DNA of 64,000 bases, from the NCBI RefSeq assembly GCF_009914755.1, contig NC_060938.1. One strand, given 5' to 3'. Every line of letters begins with the position of its first letter. Position 1 is the first letter of the stretch. The notes under the pieces were generated by a model. The model worked only from the letters and a program-made list of their open reading frames with translations. It was not told where the DNA came from and searched no databases. The position numbers and the translations under genes were made by a program. Shown one piece after another: positions 55,186 to 64,000 of the stretch. Source of the stretch: the human T2T-CHM13v2.0 reference genome, Homo sapiens.

Positions 55186-56649
55186 AACCTCCCATTTTAC
55201 AGATGCAGACTTTGTGGCAAAATGCCTTGAAATCGTAAGCAGCAGATCCAGGACTCACACCAGGTGTGTGTGACCCCAGAGTCCAAGGACCCAGCACTGA
55301 TGTGATGCTGTCTCCTGCTGTCAAATGTTTTAGGGCTGTCCCAGTGGCACTCAGATTTATACTGATTACCTGAAGTGGTACTTTTCAAGACAGCCCCACT
55401 CCATCGCCGGGTAGGTCTAACGATTAGAAAGTTCTGATTGGCATTCAGCTCATATCTACATCCATGAAGCTTCATGTATTTTTCCTTCATCAGCAAACAC
55501 CTATTCATTGTTGTCTAGAAGCTGGACACTGTGCTAGGCATGGGGGCACAGCTCTAATGAGGAAGATATGGTCCCTTTGTTGACAGAGCTGCCCGTCTGG
55601 GACTGTTGAGCACCGTGCAGGGTGGGAGCTGCAGGCTGCTGTGGGGACATGGAGTAGGGCACCTCTCTCAGCCACACTGTCCTTCTCAGTAACCTAGAAT
55701 AGGATTCTCCATGTCCGCATGAGTCCTGCAGGCAGTGGCTGCAGATATCATGTCCCCGTTCTCTGTTCTTCACGTCCATCAGCCAACCTTTGAATGGACC
55801 TTGATAGCATAATGGAACCCATATCTCCTGGTGTGATCAAATGAGAAACCAATGCAGAGTGCATTCCCTTACCCAGAGAAGAGATCCAGACCTCGGCAGG
55901 GAGTCTGGGAAACCATGGATGAATCCTTGAACCTGTCCTCAAGGTTAGTCTTTGGAAGACCCCACGGGGCTTTTCCCCAATGCTGAGTAATTCAAGCCCT
56001 GATCCCTAACCCTCCCACCAAAAATATTGGCAGCACAGGCCTAAGACGCCTGAATAGGTCCTAGGGAGTGAAAACAATATTACGTTCCTTTTTCCCTTGT
56101 GTTGCAACTGATACAGAAGGTAGTAATTTACATGACCAATTAGTGGGTAGTAGGCTTTGGAGTCTGCCTTATTTAAAAAAATAGGCTTGTGAAACTGCTA
56201 GACTTGTCTGCTTTCTTAAATTTCAGATGGTCCCACAGCAAAGCAACATATTGTTTGGCAATTAGGTTGCTGCGGCAGGCTAGAATGGCTCAAAAGCAGC
56301 CACAAAAGCACAGAAATGTGAACTATTTTTAAATGGCTTTCCCAGCAACATGAATGTATGCTCAAAGTTTGACTTCCTTCCCTCTGATCTATTAAGTTCT
56401 CATGTGGATTTTTCTTTTTGAAATATTTTTGGAAATGGGATTCTAGACATGTGTCCCTGGAAGTCTTGGAAAGGCAAACCTCAGATTCCCGGGAAATGAC
56501 ACTGTGACCTTCAACTGCCCTTGCTGTATCCATGGTCAACCCCCTCCCCTGCCTGCCCCCACCTTGCCTGATGACACCAACTCAACAGGCATTCTCTCTT
56601 CCGCTATGACTGGCAAGGCAGCAGCCAACTCCAATCTCGGAAAGTCCCA

Positions 56650-57500
56650 TTCACCCATCCGTTTATCCATCATCCATCCCTCTCTCCCTTCATTTCGTAA
56701 TTTATTCAATGAATACTAACCTTCCAATACACACCAGAAACTGTGTTAGGGGCCACACTAAGCCCTTGAGACACTGCAAGAAATAAGAAAGTCCCAGATG
56801 TCCTCTCACAAGCCCTTTCATCTAGCAGGGAATGGATGTTATGCAAATATTTTACAAATAATTGGCTACAATTGTAATAGGTGCCCCTAAGGTGAGTATA
56901 AGGCACTATGTGCACCTATAACAAAAGGGACCGAAACTAGCCTGAGTTTCCTGAGGTGACACTCAAGCTGAGAGATGGAGAAATAGATGGTGTCAGCAAA
57001 CTAAAGAGGGAACAGAGAGGGAGGGCAAGAGATTTAGGAATGAAGGGTCTGCGTAAGGGTCCTGGGAAGAAGGAGTATTCACTTTGAGGGGCCGCATAAA
57101 GGCCACTGTGGCCAAAGGGTGAGCGCTCAGGAGACAGGGGATGGGGCAGGATGGGCCAGAGAGGGAAGCTGTGGCTCCATCATGCAGGATTTAGGAGAAA
57201 AAGGGGAAACCAGGGGAGGGTGATGTGTGTGATGCTGGAGTCACTTGTGTTCAGGAAGGCCACGCTGCTGCCTGCTATTTGGAGAGTGGGCTCCAGACGA
57301 GAGGGTGGAGTGATGGGTGGAAGGTGGAGGTAAGAAGCAGGGAGGGATGTTAGGAGGCCAGTGCATTGTCCTGGAGAGGTGACTGTGACTGTGACTGGAA
57401 TGGGGATAGTGGCAGTGAAGAGAATCAGAATGGTTCAAAATATACTTTGGAAGGGACCCATGAGGACTCCTCGGTGCTCTGTGGCAGGCCAGGAGAGCCC
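56650..57500 (-). mobile_element. L2 LINE 3' region
   Basis: CATCCATCC..TTTATTCAATGAATA..GAGGTGACACTCAAGCTGAG..GAAGCAGGGAG..TAGGAGGC. Confidence 0.7.
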
Positions 57501-57939
57501 CTTGGACATGCTGCACAGCTTCAGAGCTGAGCCAGGCCCTCAGCAGCCTCCTGCTTCTGATCCGTGGCTGCGCGAGGGTCTGCAGGGTCAGAGGGAAAGG
57601 ATGGCTTCACTTCCGCCCACCTCTCCTGCTTCTGTTTCTGGAGGGATTGTGTTGTGCTGCTGTTCTCCAACTGCTTCTCGTCGAGTGAGTAACTAAGGAG
57701 AGGTGTATTAGAAACTTTTTGTACCCTCCTTTTTTCTCTGAATGGCTGTAGCACTTACCAGCCTCTTGGCCATACCGTCAACATTCAATTTGTACTTGGG
57801 GATTGAGCCATCACTCCATATAATCTCAGGAAAGGTGAGAATCAGGTGCATTCTCACCTCTACCTGTTGCTATCCCATATCAGCTGTCAGGTCAGCCAAG
57901 AGGCTCTATAAACTAGGAAAGGGGAAGATGGTTTGTTGG

Positions 57940-58388
57940 TTATTGCAGCACTATTCACAATAGCAAAGACTTGGAACCAACCCAAATATCCATCAATGAT
58001 AGACTGGTTTAAGAAAATGTGGCACATATACACCATGGAATACTATGCAGCCATAAAAAAGTTCATGTCCTTTGTAGGGACATGGATGAAGCTGGAAACC
58101 ATCATTCTCAGCAAACTATCGCAAGGACAAAAAACAAAACACCACATGTTCTCACTCATAAGTGGTAATTGAACAATGAGAACACTTGGACACAGGAAGG
58201 GGAACATCACACACTGGGGCCTGTTGTGGGGTGGGCGGAAGGGGAGGGATGGCGTTAGGAGATATACCCAATGTAAATGACGAGTTAATGGGTGCAGCAC
58301 ACCAACATGGCACATGTATACATATGTAACAAACCTGCACGTTGTGCACATGTACCCTAGAACTTAAAGTATAATTAAAAAAAAAAAA
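57940..58388 (+). mobile_element. L1PA4/5-like 5'-truncated element
   Basis: GCACTATTCACAATAGCAAAGACTTGGAACC..GTACCCTAGAACTTAAAGTATAAT(A)n; TSD AAAGGGG(G)AAGATGG at 57918-57931 and ~58386-58400. Confidence 0.95.
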
Positions 58389-58509
58389 GGGGGAAGATGG
58401 GAAAAGTAAGTTCCCTCAACCCTAATACAGGAAGTTGGAAAAGCCACACTGTCAGTACAGTCCTCAAATACAAGAATTATCAAACAGTAGCATCAAAAGG
58501 CACAATGGG

Positions 58510-58813
58510 GGCTGAGTGCAGTGGTTCTCACCTGTAATCCCAGCACTTTAGGAGGCTCAGGCAGGAGGATCACTTGAGCGCAGGAGTTTGATACCAGCCT
58601 GGGCAACATAGTGAGACCTTGTCTCTACAAAACGTAAAAAATTTGCTCAGTATGGTGGCACACACCTGTAGTTCCAGCTATCTGTAGGCTCAGGCAGGAG
58701 GATCAATTAAGCCCAGGAGTTCGAGGCCACAGTAAGCTATGATCACACTACTGCACTCCAGCCTCACAGAGTAAGAACTTTTCTCAAACAAACAAGCAAC
58801 AAAAAAAGAAAGA
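58510..58813 (+). mobile_element. AluJ (Jo/Jr-like)
   Basis: GAGGATCACTTGAG, GGGCAACATAGTGAGACC; TSD AAAAGGCACAATGG at 58495-58508 and 58814-58827. Confidence 0.95.
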
Positions 58814-59063
58814 AAAAGGCACAATGGTGTGGCTTTCTGGCATGTAATACCCTCTTTTATCTTCCTGCCTAGCTGTATGTATGCCACCACCCATCTGTTG
58901 TGTGCTCATGGCAGACATTACAAATCAATCAAGATGCTTTGCCTCAAATTGAACTTTCAGGAACACTCTCAATACTATGCTTTGGGCTCTTCAGTTGACT
59001 AAGGTTGGTATGGAATGTGAAACTTATTTGCCATCCCTATTCTTGACTGTTTAATCAAGATAA

Positions 59064-59384
<321 letters not shown>

Positions 59385-59949
59385 ACTTGGGAAGATTCTT
59401 CAAGTGACCATTTGGTCAAGCGCCCAAGCTTTTATGTAGGCAAACCTCCTAGTTATCCTAGGCAGGTGGTGGCCAATTCTTTTAAAGATTTCCATGGCTC
59501 TCGATACCCCCATCATACTCCAGCACCCATCCTGCCCTGGCTTATCCTGACAAAAGATTTTTTCCCCCACATTTACCTGAACTCTGTCTTCCTTGCTATT
59601 CAGAGAAAATGAAGAAGGAAAGAGAAAGAACTACAGAATTACCAGGATACAAGGAATTTGCTGTTAAGATCTTCTTAACCTTCCAGTTGCTTGGGAATCA
59701 TTGCCGTAGGGTGTCTCTGTACTCAACAGAAGGGTGAAGACGTTTTAGCAACAGTAGCAAAGCAAATGATCTTGGACTTACAGTTTCTTGATTTCCGATG
59801 ATTAAGCTTCTGCACATACCAACCCCAAGACAGGGTCATTCTATAACTTCTTAATAAGGTTAAGGTATTTCGACTACTTGGTCTTCAGTTTCCCTCAGTA
59901 ATAGAGACACCAAGATCCTATTGCTCTCCAGCAACCAGGCAGGAGAGAT

Positions 59950-61100
59950 TTGAGTCAGAGGAAAGCACGAGAGAGAAGTTAAGAACAGCAATTTCTTAAG
60001 TCATAAACGGAGTCAGGACTGTAAGTGTGATTTTCTGTTACCTGCCCCAGACCTCATGGAATTAAACTTTCCTGCCCTGATCCCTTGGATTCGTTTCTCC
60101 AACCCCACTCACCTAGCCCGGCCTCCCCGAAACACAAATTGGAATGGCGTTGGCTCCCGGGCACACTAGGGGGCGCCAGCGGGCTTGTTTTCCAGGATGG
60201 CCCTAAAATTCTCTCCAGCGAGGAGAGGACCATGACGGCCAGGCCACGCTTGCTCTGAAAAGCGCCGAGCGTGGAAGGGTGTCTTGGAATGGGGTCTAAA
60301 AGGGAGAACGACATCCTTATGACTTGCTTTAGGCTGCTTTCTGGATGTATTTTCAGAGCTGGGGATGAGGAGAGGTTGCGTAAAGGTGCCGGCCTGCTGC
60401 TGGCCGGGGCTGGCAGCCTTTCAGCCGCCGCGGGTGAGTCAACACCTGGGAATTGCATCCAAGGGCGGCCCTTTCAAGCTGCCTGGAACTTTCTGCCATC
60501 ACACTGAGGCCACTGTTTGACCCAGTCCCGGGCCAGGGAGGCAGGAGCCGATCACGTCCCAGGGCAGTGCTTCTCCCTGGCACTGAGTCCGTGGAAAGAG
60601 GCTGGGAAGGTTCTTTCCACACTTGAGGGCTGGCGTTGGGAAAATAGGGTAGTGCTCTCCGCCCCAGTGAACAGCAAGAGCTCACTTCCCCCAGCAGACT
60701 TCTGCTCCACTGGCCTACTTTCAGCATGGAGTGGAAGGAAGCCAGCTCCAGGAGGGCAGAGGCTTCCTCTCCACCCCTCTCTTCCACAACCTTCAACAGG
60801 CGCCTTGTTCTCCCCGGCCAGGGAACTGCGGATGGTGACCATCGTTTCCCAGCCCAGCAAGGGGAAATGAGGGGAGGAAATAAACGCAGGGTTTTTATTG
60901 CCAAATATTTCTTTCCCTGGGAGGACAACGCATTCAAACCGCTGAGTGGAGATTGGAGTTAGTCCAGCCATAAACCATCTTAATGAACACTAATAGAGAA
61001 CCGCAATTATTGTTGACTTCAAAATGCAAACAAGAACTTTAGACAGTGATCCCTATCAGCCGGTGAGGCCGGGCACAGATGCCGGGCGCTGTTTTTGCCG
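59950..61100. promoter_or_regulatory. CpG-enriched, repeat-free enhancer/promoter-like element
   Basis: AP-1 TGAGTCA at 59951 and 60435; CTCF-like at 60160; TEAD-like GGAATG at 60141 and 60286; C/EBP TTGCGTAA at 60376; E-box CACCTG at 60443; kB-like TGGAACTTTC at 60485; raised CpG. Confidence 0.65.
60160..60178 (+). promoter_or_regulatory. CTCF core motif
   Basis: GGCACACTAGGGGGCGCCA. Confidence 0.6.
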
Positions 61101-61329
61101 TTGCTTAGCAATGGAAAATGAACTGTTCCTGTCTGTTACCACTGGAGGTGGAGGTAGGACAATGAGCTTTATTGGACAGAATAGGTATGAAATTAGTTTA
61201 TTCTTTTTCACTTGGAGAAGGCAATTGGCAGCCAAGAGAGTCACTCGGAAAAGGGGTATTTTAGAGGTTGAGGGTGACTTTCCTTCTCATTACTTCGGTA
61301 AATCCTAACCACCTTGTTTTCCTCTACAG
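61063..61329 (+). other. Candidate U2-type intron (267 nt)
   Basis: Donor CCG|GTGAGG; branch point CCTAAC at 61304-61309; pyrimidine tract CCTTGTTTTCCTCT; acceptor TACAG|. Confidence 0.3.
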
Positions 61330-61412
61330 ATAAAGTTTGAACTTTTGCCGGGAGTGTCCCTCCAAAACGATCATCAATCAGACAGAATAGCTGCAAATAC
61401 CAACTCACAGAC

Positions 61413-61650
61413 CAGGTTGGGAATTAGGGTGAGGAGAATGAAATCTTGGGTGCAAAATTTAAGGGAATGCCAAAAAACTTAGTAGCCAGGATAAATAATA
61501 GTTTAATGCAATATTTTTTAAAAGTCAAAATAAATGTAAAATAACCATGGTAAAAAAAAAAATCAGATTTGAAATAAAGAGAAGCTCAATATCACTGATT
61601 TTTATTTTTCCTTTGGCTTCAGGCTTTAATATGGCACAGTGCGTCAGTGC
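61413..61650. mobile_element. MER96-like hAT element
   Basis: TAGGGTGAGG..GCAAAATTTAAGGG..GATAAATAATA..TAATGCAATATTTTT..CAGGCTTTAATATGGC. Confidence 0.5.
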
Positions 61651-62135
61651 CACAGACTTTTTACCGCACCAAACACATTTGCAACACGGACAGTTTTGGG
61701 AGCTGCTTTTTCCTCAGCAGTGTTGATGCTATGGAGTACAGAGCCCTGTAGCTGGGCAGAAGGGAGTGTCTCTTTCTGCAGTTCTTTAGTAGGCTTCTTC
61801 CAGGATAGTAGAGAGGCAAATGGTCTTGGGGAGGAACCTACCTATGCTTCCAGGGCAGTGACACAGGAAGTACTAAGGTACAGGAAGTACTAAAAACCCA
61901 GGGCTCAGCAAACACAGACAGTCAGGTGAAATTGCCCAAAACACTGTTCCTCAGACAACAGGGACAGGCCCAGAGCTGGCAGTTTATGGTAAAATTATCT
62001 CCTCTTTTGTTATTGGTATTAATAGTAACTCCTATATATTGAGAACCCTTAGGTGGAATCACATGGAATCGCCAATATTGAACCTTTTTTGACCTACAAA
62101 CCCAATGTATATGGTTTAATCCAATGTATGCTGAG

Positions 62136-62792
62136 TATGGGAGGCTGAATAATGAACCCCAAAGATGTCCACATCCTAATCCCTGGAACCTGTGAATATT
62201 ACCCTATATGGCAAAAAGGATTTTGCAGATGTGATTGAATTAAGGATTCTTTTTTTCTTATTTTAGTGATAGGGTCTTGCTATGTTGCCTCGGCTGGAAT
62301 GCAGTGGCTGTTCATAGACATTATCACAGCACACTACAGTCTCAAACTCCTGGACTCAAGCAATCCTCCTGCCTCAGCCTCCTGAGTAGCTAGGACTACT
62401 GGGATGCACTACTGCTCTTGGCAAATTAAGGATTTTGAGATGGAGAGACTATCCTGGATTATCTGATGGGCTTAATCATTGACAAAGGTTCTTATATAAG
62501 GAAAAGTCAATGTGATAATGGAAGCAGATTTGAAGATGCTGTGCAACTGGCTTTGAAGATGGAGGACGGGGCCACAAGCCAAGGATTGTTGGCAGCCTCT
62601 AAGCTGGAAGAGGTAAGAAGCATATTCTCCTGTGGCACCTCCGGGAGAAATGCAGTACTGCCTATACCTTGACTTTAGCCAAGTGAAACTAATTTTAGAC
62701 TTCTCACCTCCAGAACTGTAAGATAATAAATTTGTGTTGATTTAAGACACTATGTTTGTGGTAATTGGTTACAGCAATAGGAAACTAATAGA
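62136..62792 (+). mobile_element. MLT1D LTR interrupted by FAM
   Basis: GGCTGAATAATG..CCCAAAGATGTCCACATCCTAATCCCTGGAACCTGTGAATA..CTCCAGAACTGTAAGATAATAAATTTG..GGAAACTAATA. Confidence 0.88.
62250..62422 (-). mobile_element. FAM (fossil Alu monomer)
   Basis: Monomer with 7SL-like GTGGCTGTTCATAG..GCACACTACAG segment; TSD AATTAAGGATT at 62238-62248 and 62424-62434. Confidence 0.8.
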
Positions 62793-63238
62793 CCAGGCAT
62801 TATGTTAAGTGCTTTATATCATTAAAGAAATGTATACAAATCCACCCTCAGCCTTCTCGATGACTTTCTGTGTTTGGGTTATTTCCTCTCTTTTGCATCC
62901 TCAATTTCCCTTTTCTTAGTGGGTCTTTTCCATTGGCATATACACATGCTTTCCTGTTTATCGCCTTCAAGAACAAAATCAAAAAAAAGACCTAATAACA
63001 TCCACTCACGATTTTTTAAAAAATTAGTGAACTAGAAATAGAAATTTCTTCAACCTAATGCAGAATTTCTACCAAACATCCGTAACAAACATCATACTTA
63101 AAGGTTAACAGTTTTTTTTTAATCCCCACTTCTATTCAATACTGTACTGAGGGTACTAGCCAGAACAATAAACCAAGAAAAAGAAACAAAAGATATAACA
63201 CTTGGAATCAAAGAAGAAAAACAGATATTCACTGAAGG

Positions 63239-63356
63239 TGCTAAATGACGAGTGAAGCACACCAACATAGCACATGTATACATATGTAACAAACCTGCAC
63301 GTTGTGCACATGTACCCTAAAACTTAAAGTATAATAATAATTTAAAAATAAAAAAA
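63239..63356 (+). mobile_element. Short L1PA (PA4-like) 3' end inside old L1M
   Basis: TGCTAAATGACGAG..CACATGTATACATATGTAACAAACCTGCACGTTGTGCACATGTACCCTAAAACTTAAAGTATAA. Confidence 0.9.
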
Positions 63357-63470
63357 GATTATTTTCATAAAAAAACTCAAGGAATCTACAGCTAAATTAT
63401 TAGCATTAATAAGTGAGTTTAGTAAGTTTAAGGGATAAAAGATCAATATTCAAAAGCAGTTGATTTTCTA

Positions 63471-64000
<530 letters not shown>

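Noticed and set aside
57932-57939. Extra TTTGTTGG between the TSD and the L1PA body (possible twin-priming inversion)
   Set aside because: Too short to distinguish from untemplated nucleotides
60353-60971. 194-aa and 139-aa minus-strand ORFs over the second CpG element
   Set aside because: GC-rich region with overlapping open frames on both strands and no recognisable product

Overview
Human-like primate genomic DNA, repeat-dense and apparently intergenic or intronic. It has about 15 dimeric Alu insertions plus one FAM, several L1s (including a human-specific L1HS pre-Ta 3' fragment), many L2/MIR, MaLR/ERVL LTRs (THE1, MLT1, MLT2, LTR16) and hAT MITEs. I cannot support any known protein-coding gene, RNA gene or multi-gene system. 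The supplied ORFs look repeat-derived or chance, and I cannot identify the locus from sequence alone. Non-repeat highlights: a ~1.5 kb CpG island (46.2-47.7 kb) with GC boxes, a CTCF-type motif, a G-quadruplex motif and a (CG)6(CA)18 Z-DNA tract; and a second CpG-enriched element (59.95-61.1 kb) with CTCF, AP-1, C/EBP, TEAD and NF-kB-like motifs. The second element is followed by a well-formed candidate intron that would join a speculative 63-codon micro-ORF. Structural oddities: two short local templated duplications from one donor region (~12.4-12.8 kb), an Alu inserted into one arm of a 17-bp perfect palindrome, a trimeric Alu, an L1 inside an Alu, and an Alu whose A-tail is replaced by a G-rich tract. 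Subfamily names come from recalled consensus features and need RepeatMasker/Dfam confirmation. Boundaries of old elements are approximate.
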